Positions 55,329 to 64,000 are shown, counted from the stretch's first letter. The stretch: 64,000 nucleotides of DNA from Hyphomicrobiales bacterium (GCA_003241815.1 QBLV01000014.1:19453-83452), one strand, 5' to 3'. Translations and numbers: made by a program. The notes: a model not told the origin generated them from the letters alone.

Positions 55329-56845
55329 CCAAACACCCCGTGGATGAACCAGCGGTGCGAACCCGTGGCGGTGTCCTCGCCGTCGCCGGCGCGAAACAGC
55401 CAGTAGCGTTCGCCGGCGTCGTCCTCGACCCGGAAATAGTCGCGGACGGCGGCCAGCTCGGCATCGCGCTTCCACCATTCGCCGAACACGCGCTCCGGAC
55501 CGTCGCCACGCCGAAGGCGGCGGCGGATGCCGCGCCAGGTGAACGACACCGGTGGATGGTCGGGAAGCAACGCCACCGTCTCGACCGGCTCAGGGGCCGG
55601 CAGAAGGCGGGAGGGCCGCGGCCAATGGCCGGGCCAACCCGCTCCCGTATCGGCCGCCATCGCCGGGATACGACAGACAGACCGCTCCGGAACATCGCTG
55701 GCGACCGGTGCAAGCCGATAGAGGGCACGCTCGCCCACGCGGTTCATCAAGGTGTCGATGAGATCGGAGACGTCCGGGGTGCTCTCCTCGACCAGCGAGC
55801 TGACGATCTGCTTGCGCTCGAGCGGCTCGGCGACGCTCGCCGCAAGTGTCATCACCTCGATGCCGAAGCCGGGCGAGATGGTTTCGATTTTGTCGCACAG
55901 GAGGCGCGTCAACCGCTTCGCGTCGCGGACCGGCGTGGCCATGCCGACCCGCACGGCCTGGGCCCGGCTGTCGACGCGATGGCAGATGAGATCGAGCCGG
56001 CGAGCGCCGAGGCCGCCTGCCTCCAGGCGTTCGCAGAGCTGGGTGACGAGCTTGCCGATGTAGCGGGCGATGGTCTCGGCCGCGCCGATCGGTTCGGCGA
56101 AGGCGCGGCGTACCTCGATGAGATCGGCCGGGCGAACCGGCTCGATGAGTTCTGCCGCGGCGCCCAAGGCCTGGTCCAAACGTCTGCCGAGTTCGGGGCC
56201 GAAGCGAAGGGTGAGCGGCGCGCGCGGCTGTGCCAGAAGATCGCCGACCGTACGGAAGCCGAGCGTGCGCAGCGCCGCGATGGTGCGAGCCGGAATGCGC
56301 AACGCCTCAAGCGGCAACCGCTCCACGACGGACGGCCCGTGGCCCTCTGGCGCTATGACGGCCGGCTGCGCCGAGAACCGGGCCAACGCGTGGGCTGCTC
56401 CCCAGGTGTCGGCGATCGCGCCTCTCGCGGCGATCCCCGACATGGCGAGGCGACCAATTAAGCCGTCCAGCATGACGGTTTCACCGCCGTGGAGGTGATC
56501 GGCCCCTGTCGAGTCGATGATAAGGCCGTCAGGCGGATCTGGGGCGACGATTGGTGCGTAACGGAGAAGCCACACCGCCAGACGCTCAAGCGCCTCGGCG
56601 TCGGCTGGCGGATCGGCATCCTGCACGAGGAGACCCGGCACCAGGACCTGCGCCTTGGTAACGGGCATGCCGGCTCGCAGGCCGGCGGCCTGGGCCGCAG
56701 CATCCGCCGCCAGCACCACCCGCCTGTTCCCGTCGCGGCCAATTAGGACGAGCGGCGCCTCAGCCGGAGGCGCCGCGTCGCCAGCCTTCCGCCGAAGCCG
56801 GTCCGTGGACCAGTTCGGCAGGAAGAGCGAGACGACCCGTGTCAT
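55325..56845 (-). CDS. imuB: ImuB, Y-family polymerase-like protein of the mutagenesis cassette
   Basis: 506 aa from [19 protein letters not shown], with GGAGG upstream. Position is between imuA and dnaE2. Confidence 0.9.
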   Translation of the reverse strand: MTRVVSLFLPNWSTDRLRRKAGDAAPPAEAPLVLIGRDGNRRVVLAADAAAQAAGLRAGMPVTKAQVLVPGLLVQDADPPADAEALERLAVWLLRYAPIVAPDPPDGLIIDSTGADHLHGGETVMLDGLIGRLAMSGIAARGAIADTWGAAHALARFSAQPAVIAPEGHGPSVVERLPLEALRIPARTIAALRTLGFRTVGDLLAQPRAPLTLRFGPELGRRLDQALGAAAELIEPVRPADLIEVRRAFAEPIGAAETIARYIGKLVTQLCERLEAGGLGARRLDLICHRVDSRAQAVRVGMATPVRDAKRLTRLLCDKIETISPGFGIEVMTLAASVAEPLERKQIVSSLVEESTPDVSDLIDTLMNRVGERALYRLAPVASDVPERSVCRIPAMAADTGAGWPGHWPRPSRLLPAPEPVETVALLPDHPPVSFTWRGIRRRLRRGDGPERVFGEWWKRDAELAAVRDYFRVEDDAGERYWLFRAGDGEDTATGSHRWFIHGVFG

Positions 56846-57512
56846 CGCACGCCTCCAACTCGAAATCTGCACTTTCACCCGCTCGCGCGCGGATAAGTTC
56901 AACTAGCCAGCGTGCGCGACCCACGCCGGGAACGGGTAGCGGCGTCGAGGGCAGCACGGAGACGCGCCAGCGCGTCATCGCCGCGGTCGGCTGGCCGAAA
57001 TCCGTCGCTTCCGTTTGTCGTCGCCAGCGCCGCAGGGCGATTCCGAGCGAGCCGCTGCCTTCAGCTGCCAGCTGCAGGCGTCTCGACGCCGTCATCGAAA
57101 GGCGAGCGACCTCGCCGATTACGGCCCCGAGGCCGCCGTGGCGCAATCCTTCTTCCATACAGGCGAGCACGGTCTTGTCGTCGCCGGCTTCGAGGTAGAT
57201 CACGCGGTCGCTTGCGAGGCCCGCCTGGGCAATGGCGGGCGCGAACAGGTCGGCGCGCGTGATGCACCAAAGGATTTTGCCCTTGGTGCGGGCGGCAAGG
57301 CCTGCGCCGAACGACGCAGCAGCCGCGCCATCGACGGCGCCGTTACCTCCGCCGGCGATTTCATGCAGCGCGCCGAGTGCGAGGCCACCGCCAGGAAGTC
57401 GTGAGTCTACCTCGGTGATCCCGAAGGGGAGTACCGATTTGGCGCGCCGGCTTCTGCCTTCGATCTTCTCGATCTGCGCGCGCAATGACTCTATGGCGGG
57501 CTCGGGCCGCAA
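56760..57512 (-). CDS. imuA: ImuA (RecA/SulA-like) protein of the mutagenesis cassette
   Basis: 250 aa: ...LPFGITEVDSRLPGGGLALGALHEI... Apparent TTG start. Overlaps the imuB start, as is common. Confidence 0.85.
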   Translation of the reverse strand: MRPEPAIESLRAQIEKIEGRSRRAKSVLPFGITEVDSRLPGGGLALGALHEIAGGGNGAVDGAAAASFGAGLAARTKGKILWCITRADLFAPAIAQAGLASDRVIYLEAGDDKTVLACMEEGLRHGGLGAVIGEVARLSMTASRRLQLAAEGSGSLGIALRRWRRQTEATDFGQPTAAMTRWRVSVLPSTPLPVPGVGRARWLVELIRARAGESADFELEACDDTGRLALPAELVHGPASAEGWRRGASG

Positions 57513-57549
57513 GCTGCTTGTTGACCTCCGGGAACAGGTTCGGCATCAT

Positions 57550-57564
57550 GTTCTCTATTTGTTC
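57550..57564. promoter_or_regulatory. Alphaproteobacterial LexA (SOS) box GTTC-N7-GTTC
   Basis: GTTCTCTATTTGTTC, a perfect direct-repeat SOS box 38 bp upstream of imuA, in the divergent region shared with the OLD-nuclease gene. Confidence 0.8.
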
Positions 57565-57727
57565 TTCGTTATCGACGCAGGAGTCAAGGGTCGATCCGCA
57601 TGACCCGGTTACTGAGCGGCTCTGCTTGGCCGGAGGGGATAGTTTTAAGTGTCGGAAAGCAAAATAGAGTTGTTAGCGGCCGGATAGTCGCGAAAAGTGT
57701 AACAAAGAGCTGGGGGGGGGGAATGAG

Positions 57728-59803
57728 ATGCGAATCAAACATGTCGAAATCGAAAACTTCAGGCTTCTGCGGCATGTCGCGATTGGGCTGGAAGAGAGAA
57801 CGACGCTCATTGTCGGGCGCAACAACAGCGGCAAGACCTCAATCGCAGAGCTTTTTCGACGGCTCCTTTCCGAGCGAGCCCTGTCGTTCAAGCTCGAGGA
57901 TTTTTCTCTGGGATGTCATGAGTGCTTCTGGACGGCCTTCGATGCATTCCGTGGCGGCGCTGCACAGTCCGACGTTCTAGCTCATCTCCCATCGATCACC
58001 ATCACGCTCGATATCGCCTATGATGTCGATGCTCCTGACCTCGGACCGCTCAGCGATTGCATCATCGATCTCAATCCGGATTGCTCGGACGCTCGTCTCG
58101 TTCTCACGTTCGGAGCCCGAGCGACAGCGGCCGAAACGCTTTTCGCGGGGATCGTGGCGCCGGGTGACGACATCGCCGCTGACCGTCTTGCTTTGTTTCG
58201 TGCTCTCGGGAGCCGACTGCCGGCGGCTTACGCCTCATCGCTCGAAGCGGTCGATCCCAATGATCCGACCAACCGTAAGAGTCTGGAGCCCAAAACTCTC
58301 ACCGCGCTGATCCACGGCGGCTTTATCAACGCGCAGCGCGGGCTTGATGATGACACCCATCGTGAGCGCGATGTGCTGGGCAAAGTCGTGGAGGTGCTGT
58401 TTCAGTCAGCGCTGACCGATCCGCTGGACCCGGAGAAGCGCACGACTGCGGAACAATTGAAGGCAGCCGTGGAGCAGATCCAAGGCGATCTGCACGCGGG
58501 CTTCAATGCAAAGCTGACCTCGTTGCTGCCCACGTTCGATTTATTCGGCTATCCCGGCCTAGCTGACCCCGGCCTCGTCACCGAAACAAGTTTCGATGTC
58601 GACAAGCTCCTAAATGACCACACCAAGGTCCGGTATGTCGGCGTCAACGGCGTCACGCTACCCGAGACATATAACGGCCTGGGCGTCCGCAATCTCGTCT
58701 ACATGCTTTTGCAACTGCTGCGCTTCTTTCGGGAGTACCAAGCTACGCCGGCAGCCGCTGGGGTACATTTGGTGTTCATTGAGGAGCCTGAGGCTCATCT
58801 GCACCCCCAGATGCAGGAAGTTTTCATACGTCAGCTCGATCAGATCGCGAACGCATTCGTTTCGCAGTTAAACGAGAACCGTCCTTGGCCCGTCCAGTTC
58901 GTAGTCACCACGCATTCTCCGCATATGGCGAACGAAGCACGCTTCGAGGCGATGCGGTATTTCCTGTCTGTCGCCGACGGCGAAGGCCTTCGACGTTCCG
59001 TCGTCAAAGATTTGCGACAGGGCATGGGAAACGCGACAGCGCCTGATCGAGAATTCCTGCATCAATACTTGACCCTGACGCGTTGCGATCTGTTCTTCGC
59101 AGACAAGGCTGTTCTGATCGAGGGTACGTCGGAGAGGCTCTTACTCCCGGCGATGATCCGTAAGACCGACGCGGCCGCCCCCGGTGAACCGCAGCTTGGC
59201 AGCCAGTACCTGACGGTGATGGAAGTGGGTGGTGCCTATGCACACCGGTTTTTCGACCTTCTCTCTTTCCTCGAATTGCGTGCGCTGATCATCACCGACA
59301 TCGACGCCGTTAAGCCAAATGAGCAGGGCAAGCGCTTGGCCGTGCCCGTCGCGGAAGGCGAGTTCACCAGCAACGGCTGCATCAAGGCGTGGTTCGATAA
59401 TGCGGTGTCGCCGGCTGCCCTTCTAGCCAAGGCGCCCGCTGACAAGATTGTTGGCTGTCGCCGACTGGCCTACCAGGTTCCGGAGGAAGATGGCGGCCCC
59501 TGCGCACGTAGCTTCGAAGACGCGTTCATTCTAGCCAATCCGGAGCGTTTTCCGCTCGGCGACGGGGACGTCGCCGCTCTCGCTTACCAGCATGCGGCCG
59601 AACAGAAGAAGTCGAGCTTCGCCCTTGAGCATGCGATCGAACATACCGATTGGACCGTTCCTCGTTACCTCGCAGAGGGTTTACGCTGGCTCGCGCAGGG
59701 CAATCCTGCCCCTGTCGTGCCGCCGCCCGCTGTCGCTGTGCAGATAGTAGCGGGGCTTGCCGGCGTGGAGGTGAATGTTGCCGAGGTAGGCGACAATGGC
59801 TGA
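57728..59803 (+). CDS. gajA: OLD-family ATPase/Toprim nuclease (class 2, GajA-like)
   Basis: 691 aa with Walker A GRNNSGKTS, Walker B/D-loop LVFIEEPEAHLHPQMQ, TTHSPHM, Toprim Glu AVLIEGTSERLLLP and DxD IITDIDAV. Confidence 0.8.
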   Translation: MRIKHVEIENFRLLRHVAIGLEERTTLIVGRNNSGKTSIAELFRRLLSERALSFKLEDFSLGCHECFWTAFDAFRGGAAQSDVLAHLPSITITLDIAYDVDAPDLGPLSDCIIDLNPDCSDARLVLTFGARATAAETLFAGIVAPGDDIAADRLALFRALGSRLPAAYASSLEAVDPNDPTNRKSLEPKTLTALIHGGFINAQRGLDDDTHRERDVLGKVVEVLFQSALTDPLDPEKRTTAEQLKAAVEQIQGDLHAGFNAKLTSLLPTFDLFGYPGLADPGLVTETSFDVDKLLNDHTKVRYVGVNGVTLPETYNGLGVRNLVYMLLQLLRFFREYQATPAAAGVHLVFIEEPEAHLHPQMQEVFIRQLDQIANAFVSQLNENRPWPVQFVVTTHSPHMANEARFEAMRYFLSVADGEGLRRSVVKDLRQGMGNATAPDREFLHQYLTLTRCDLFFADKAVLIEGTSERLLLPAMIRKTDAAAPGEPQLGSQYLTVMEVGGAYAHRFFDLLSFLELRALIITDIDAVKPNEQGKRLAVPVAEGEFTSNGCIKAWFDNAVSPAALLAKAPADKIVGCRRLAYQVPEEDGGPCARSFEDAFILANPERFPLGDGDVAALAYQHAAEQKKSSFALEHAIEHTDWTVPRYLAEGLRWLAQGNPAPVVPPPAVAVQIVAGLAGVEVNVAEVGDNG

Positions 59804-61562
59804 CGGTCCAGAGAGCCCCGCTGACGCTGCTGGTCGCGTCGCGCTTGAACGGATGTTCGCCTGCCTTGACGAAGGCAGAAGTTTTCGGTTGGAGGCGGGC
59901 GCTGGTGCCGGCAAAACCTATTCACTGGAAAGGGCCCTTCGCCGGCTGATTGACGGACGAGGGACTGACTTGGTCCGCCGCCGCCAGCAGGTCGGCTGCA
60001 TCACTTACACGAACGTCGCCAAGGACGAGATTATCTCGCGCATTCAGGCTCACCCGGCCGTGCGGCCGGAGACGGTCCATGGCTTCTGCTGGTCGATCCT
60101 CCAGGACTTTCAGGCAACATTGCGGGGATTCGTGCCGCAACTTCCCGGCTGGCCGGAAAGGTTAGAGCCCGCTGGGGGAATCGGCGCTCGTAGAGTTCAT
60201 TACGAACTGGGTTACCCGAGCGTCAGCGAAGACCAGGTGACCATTCGGCACGAAGACGTGCTCGCGTTGATGATCGAGGCAATGGCCCTTCCGAAGTTTC
60301 GCTCCGTCCTGACCGCACGATACCCAGTGATTCTAGTCGACGAGTACCAGGACACGGACGCTGCCTTTGTCGATGCGTTGAAGACCTGGTTTCTCGATAA
60401 GGGCGAAGGACCGCTGATTGGTCTGTTCGGGGATCATTGGCAGAAGATCTACGGTGACGGGTGTGGATCCGTGGAGCACGCGGCGCTTGAGGTGATCGAT
60501 AAGAACGCAAACTTTCGCTCGGTGGACCCGATCGTACAGGTGCTGAACAGAATGCGGCCGGAACTGCCGCAAATGGTGAGCGAGCCCGATGCGCCAGGCG
60601 AGGCGCGCGTCTTTCACACAAACGCTTGGCCGGGCGCACGGCGGACCGGACAAGGCGGAGGGCATTGGACGGGCGACACGAGCCCAGAGGCTGCGCGAGC
60701 CTATTTCAGCCACATCAAGGAACGGCTGAGCGATGAAGGATGGGACTTCGCGGTTGGCAAGACCAAGATATTGATGCTCAGTCACAGCGTGCTCGCTCGC
60801 GAGCAGGGTTACGCAAGCATCCCGTCAATCTACGGCCAGTTCAATGATCCGTGGCTGAAGAAGGACGATCCGCACATCAAGTTTCTCGCGGATCACCTTG
60901 AACCTGCCTGTGCTGCGTTCGAGGCGCTCCGCTACGGCGAGATGTTCGAGTCCTTTGGAACGGGGATGCCCCGCATTCGGAAGCATTTGGACAAGGTCGC
61001 ATGGGCCGAGACGATGACGGCGCTGATGGCGTTGAGGAACACCGGATCCATCGGCGATGTGATCGATTTTATCGCCGCGCAGCCGCATATGAGGCTGCCG
61101 GACGCGGTCGAGGAACGCGAGAAGAAGCTAGCAGACGTCGGTGCCGAACCTGTCGAGGGCGAGTCGCGGCGTGTCACTCAGTTGCGCAAATTGCGGCAGG
61201 TCGCTTACGCAGAACTGATAGCGCTGGATCGGTTCATCGACGGTCACACGCCGTTCGCCACGAAGCATGGAGTGAAGGGAGCGGAATTCGAGAACGTGCT
61301 CGTTGTGGTCGGCCGAGGATGGAACAAGTATAATTTCGCCCAGATGCTCGAATGGAGCGACGGTGGGCCGCCGGCCGACAAAGTCGAGTTTTTCGAGAAC
61401 AACCGAAACCTGTTTTATGTCGCCTGCTCCCGGCCGAAGGTCCGCTTGGCGCTGCTCTTCACACAGATTCTGAATGCAAACGCCTTGGGAAAACTGACGG
61501 CTTGGTTTGGCGCAGCGAATGTCATTGCACTCCCGGCGGACCCGGAGGTCGCGCAAGCATGA
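59796..61562 (+). CDS. gajB: UvrD/Rep-family SF1 helicase (GajB-like)
   Basis: 588 aa with Walker A EAGAGAGKTYS and motif II ILVDEYQDTD, and the late motif KHGVKGAEFENVLVV. 8-bp overlap with the OLD gene. Confidence 0.8.
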   Translation: MADGPESPADAAGRVALERMFACLDEGRSFRLEAGAGAGKTYSLERALRRLIDGRGTDLVRRRQQVGCITYTNVAKDEIISRIQAHPAVRPETVHGFCWSILQDFQATLRGFVPQLPGWPERLEPAGGIGARRVHYELGYPSVSEDQVTIRHEDVLALMIEAMALPKFRSVLTARYPVILVDEYQDTDAAFVDALKTWFLDKGEGPLIGLFGDHWQKIYGDGCGSVEHAALEVIDKNANFRSVDPIVQVLNRMRPELPQMVSEPDAPGEARVFHTNAWPGARRTGQGGGHWTGDTSPEAARAYFSHIKERLSDEGWDFAVGKTKILMLSHSVLAREQGYASIPSIYGQFNDPWLKKDDPHIKFLADHLEPACAAFEALRYGEMFESFGTGMPRIRKHLDKVAWAETMTALMALRNTGSIGDVIDFIAAQPHMRLPDAVEEREKKLADVGAEPVEGESRRVTQLRKLRQVAYAELIALDRFIDGHTPFATKHGVKGAEFENVLVVVGRGWNKYNFAQMLEWSDGGPPADKVEFFENNRNLFYVACSRPKVRLALLFTQILNANALGKLTAWFGAANVIALPADPEVAQA

Positions 61563-62185
61563 CCAACTGCGTCCGTCCCGTCACAACTGTCGCTGCTTCA
61601 AAGTCTTTATCCACGGAAGAACTGGATTTCACGGGACTCTCAGAACCCGACGCGCGCAACGTGAGGGCGGCCATCGCCGCTGGCGATAACTTTCACGGCT
61701 ACATACCGTCGGAAAGTCTGCACTTCACCATCCGGAACTACCGCCGTCTCGCCTCTCTCCAAGCGCTCGAGGCGGCTTGGCTCGACGCGTATGTACATGC
61801 TGCGCACTTCCAGCCTTATGGTGTCGAGGCGATCAAAGCTGTGTTTGATGCGTGTGACCGGGATCGTCTTCTTGAGTTGAAGCCGCTGGGCGAAATTGCC
61901 AATATTGAGCGTGGTGGACGGGTGACCCTTTTCCGCGGTTGCGCAGGTCCTGTCCACCACATGGGCATGTCGTGGACGCCATCGCTCGATAAGGCGATCT
62001 GGTACGCGGCCCACCACGCCGAATTCTACGGACTGGACAATCGGGCGGTCTACGTGTCGACAGTCTCGGTGGCGGAAATCTACTGCAGCCTCGACCACTA
62101 TGATTGCGATGTCATTGTCCACCCGAGCAAAGCATGGCGCGTGGAGGTGCCGGCTGAGGAGTATCGATTGGACCGCGATCGCTGA
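61559..62185 (+). CDS. Unknown protein, third gene of the OLD/UvrD operon
   Basis: 208 aa from MTNCVRPVTT, with ATGA overlap onto the helicase stop. No family recognised. It contains LFRG...MSWTPS...DCDVIVHP. Confidence 0.6.
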   Translation: MTNCVRPVTTVAASKSLSTEELDFTGLSEPDARNVRAAIAAGDNFHGYIPSESLHFTIRNYRRLASLQALEAAWLDAYVHAAHFQPYGVEAIKAVFDACDRDRLLELKPLGEIANIERGGRVTLFRGCAGPVHHMGMSWTPSLDKAIWYAAHHAEFYGLDNRAVYVSTVSVAEIYCSLDHYDCDVIVHPSKAWRVEVPAEEYRLDRDR

Positions 62186-62203
62186 CCAACGGGGTGCTTG
62201 TTC

Positions 62204-63367
62204 CTACGATCTGCGCGATGGCCTGGTCACGCGGGTTCTGGTTGAGCGTGGAAGAGCCGGTGGCTTCGTGGCGGTTAGAAGCGCCTCCTCGGCCAATTTC
62301 TGCGGGCTCATGTACTCCATGCGCTCTGCGATGTAGGCACCGAGGAGCTTTGCATCGTTCGCGCTCGGCATCGGTTTGGCATAGAGGAGCGGGAGGAAGG
62401 ATGTAAGCGCCAGACGGTAGAGCGGCGCGGCGTATTCGAACACTGTCCGTTGGGGAAGCGGAAGGATCAACTTCGTGCGGTCGACTGGATTTCCGTGCAG
62501 GAAATCGTTTCTGCAGTCGTAGAGGGCTTGATAGACCCAAGACGCCAGCGTTCGTTTGACCTTGGTCTTTCCCCCCGTGTCATGGGCTAGCGCGGCGCTG
62601 GCCGCGATTGTCCACGGCGTCTTTTCGATCAGCTCGAACACCTTGTCGCGATTGGCTTGGCCGCTTCCGCCGGGATGGACGAGGATCTCGAATGCACTGA
62701 CCCATAGCGAGACCACGCGCCCGACATCATAGAACGTGGTGTCCGTTCCGGCCGGTAGGAGCGAGGCGTTATAGGCCATGTTCAACGAGCGCATAAGAAC
62801 GATGTCCTCCCATGCTGCCTCGGCGGCCTCATAACGCCGCATCCAGCGCGCCAAGAGCGCGGCAAGCAGCGGTTGGTCGATGTCGTTTTCGTCGACGGGC
62901 GTGCGGAAGATTGCGGGCGACGACTGACCTTTGAAGCTTGCAACCTCGTGTGTGCCAAGGATCGCCGGCGTGCTGCCGATGACATCTTCATAGTGGCGAT
63001 CGAGCATCCAAGGATAGATCGCGAAAGCCTCACCGAACATGACGCGATGTCCGCGACGATGACGCAGTTCGAGCGCCCGACCACAGGTCGTTGTCGCGAT
63101 CGCGATGAGATCACGGAAGCTCGCTAGCGCGGAAATGTCGAGAAAGGCCGGCGGTGCTGCTGAATGCACCAACAAAACGGAGGGCTCGAACTTCTGCCCG
63201 AAATTGTCGGAGAACCGATTGAGGAAGCGGCGGAACATGGGCTGTGCGCGCTTGATCGCGGCAACTCGCGGGTCATGGGCCGGCGCGAGTGCGGCGATGT
63301 CGCAGCCAATCGCCGCCTGGAGCGGGATATTCGGCAATACGAAGACAGGGGTCCAGCCAGCGGTCAC
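62204..63367 (-). CDS. Unknown protein with a C-terminal HEPN-like domain (RNDFLHG)
   Basis: 387 aa with a GTG start overlapping the upstream stop (TAGTG). It has VSLWVSAFEILVHP...LYDCRNDFLHGNP, and the Rx4H motif lies at 62495-62512. Confidence 0.6.
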   Translation of the reverse strand: MTAGWTPVFVLPNIPLQAAIGCDIAALAPAHDPRVAAIKRAQPMFRRFLNRFSDNFGQKFEPSVLLVHSAAPPAFLDISALASFRDLIAIATTTCGRALELRHRRGHRVMFGEAFAIYPWMLDRHYEDVIGSTPAILGTHEVASFKGQSSPAIFRTPVDENDIDQPLLAALLARWMRRYEAAEAAWEDIVLMRSLNMAYNASLLPAGTDTTFYDVGRVVSLWVSAFEILVHPGGSGQANRDKVFELIEKTPWTIAASAALAHDTGGKTKVKRTLASWVYQALYDCRNDFLHGNPVDRTKLILPLPQRTVFEYAAPLYRLALTSFLPLLYAKPMPSANDAKLLGAYIAERMEYMSPQKLAEEALLTATKPPALPRSTRTRVTRPSRRS

Positions 63368-63864
63368 TAGGCTGTCGCTTCGGGTAGATGAGCTTCAGCC
63401 TCTCTCAGGCAGCGATCCCAAAACGTCAGGGCTTCTCGGATTTTCGGGAGGATTGGTCGTCCCTCGGCATCGCGCAGCTTGGCGGAGTCGAAGGCAGCGA
63501 CATGCGAGACGCCATCGGGCACGCCGGGGTCGGCTACCACTGCGATGGTGTCGAAGGCATTGTTGCGAAGCTCAAGCCCGCCCTGGAACTCCTTGAGCAG
63601 CACGTTGCGCGCCGGCTCAATAAACTCCCGGAAAATCGGAGCCTCCTTCCACTCCCGCCATTTCGCTGCGCTCCAGGATTGGCGCCGGTCATCCGCGCAA
63701 TCGACCTTGTCGAACACGTGCCCGATGGACCGGAGCAAAGCGATGATCGCAATGTACTGCGACTGATATTCGGCGACTGGCCGCATCATGCTGTCGTAGC
63801 GCTCAAACCGAACGACAAGATCGGTCACGAAGTTGAGTTGCGCGCGCGCCACCAGCATGGTCAT
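63367..63864 (-). CDS. Unknown helical protein, middle gene of the HEPN operon
   Basis: 165 aa. Its ATG overlaps (ATGA) the stop of an upstream partial gene. No family recognised. Confidence 0.55.
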   Translation of the reverse strand: MTMLVARAQLNFVTDLVVRFERYDSMMRPVAEYQSQYIAIIALLRSIGHVFDKVDCADDRRQSWSAAKWREWKEAPIFREFIEPARNVLLKEFQGGLELRNNAFDTIAVVADPGVPDGVSHVAAFDSAKLRDAEGRPILPKIREALTFWDRCLREAEAHLPEATA

Positions 63865-64000
63865 AGCGCGCGGAACGCCGACTCGATGTCGGCGGCAGTG
63901 TTGCTGTCGTCGAAGCTGTGCAAGACGGCTCCGGTTTGCGTGCGGTCCCGGATCTCGATTTTCTCGGCCGTGTGATTGTAGGCGAAGACGTAGGTGTTCC
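63861..64000 (-). CDS. 3' end of an unknown gene continuing beyond the window (first visible gene of the HEPN operon)
   Basis: My own translation of the minus strand gives an open frame ending ...NTYVFAYNHTAEKIEIRDRTQTGAVLHSFDDSNTAADIESAFRAL*. The stop at 63861-63863 overlaps the next ATG. Confidence 0.45.
   Translation of the reverse strand, partial: NTYVFAYNHTAEKIEIRDRTQTGAVLHSFDDSNTAADIESAFRAL

Noticed and set aside
53019-55406. 795-aa plus-strand ORF
   Set aside because: It lies antisense to dnaE2, whose product has unmistakable PHP/Pol III alpha motifs. The plus-strand product is Arg/Gly/Ala/Asp-rich low-complexity sequence typical of antisense ORFs in high-GC DNA.
57681-57692. ATAGTCGC half-site of the 15-bp palindrome upstream of the OLD gene
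   Set aside because: Only one arm is present, so it is probably a chance match and was not counted as a fourth operator.
1-64000. Search for tRNA/rRNA genes, integrase/transposase genes, IS ends, attL/attR direct repeats and CRISPR arrays
   Set aside because: None was recognised by eye on either strand, so the element termini and integration site cannot be assigned from this window. A tRNAscan/Infernal run and a repeat search would be needed to be certain.

Overview
High-GC (roughly mid-60s % by eye) alphaproteobacterial, Rhizobiales-like DNA. The taxon call rests on a GTTC-N7-GTTC SOS box, an HWE-type histidine kinase and P-type trb genes. Most of the window (about 2.6-45.8 kb) is the backbone of an integrative conjugative element (ICE) or conjugative-plasmid-type element, with almost every backbone gene on the minus strand. 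From left to right it carries DUF2274, trbIGFL, trbK-alt, trbJEDCB, a 3.6-kb cargo islet (LysR, MAPEG, WrbA, amidase), CopG-like, traG, relaxase, lytic transglycosylase, DUF736 and TraF peptidase. It continues with DUF2840, RHH, ParA, an iteron-like repeat, RepA, an excisionase-like HTH and a regulatory module (XRE, single DUF2285-like protein, and DUF6499/DUF2285 ORFs that need a +1 frameshift). After a second DUF736 come DUF2493, a Toprim protein, a 1440-aa methyltransferase/helicase, a variable cargo spot (HWE kinase, Imm11-like protein, HEPN protein), a ParB-like protein, conserved hypotheticals and ArdC. No integrase, tRNA, rRNA, IS element or CRISPR array was seen, so the element ends are not defined here. 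Right of ArdC lie a GAF-GGDEF-EAL protein, an envelope/metal-stress-like cluster (DUF2177, COG4315 lipoprotein, DUF305, YVTN beta-propeller, ECF sigma/anti-sigma) and the SOS mutagenesis cassette imuA-imuB-dnaE2 with a perfect LexA box. The last 6 kb looks like a defence islet. It holds a Gabija-like OLD-nuclease/UvrD-helicase pair with a tightly coupled unknown third gene. Converging on it is an operon of at least three genes whose last product carries an RNxxxHG HEPN motif. These two modules are my best candidates for an undescribed system. Other non-obvious signals are a 15-bp palindrome and a roughly 90-nt leader, each present at backbone gene upstream regions, a candidate oriT next to the relaxase gene, and a G10 tract at the OLD gene's ribosome-binding site. 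All functional calls come from motif and family recognition by eye; no searches were run.
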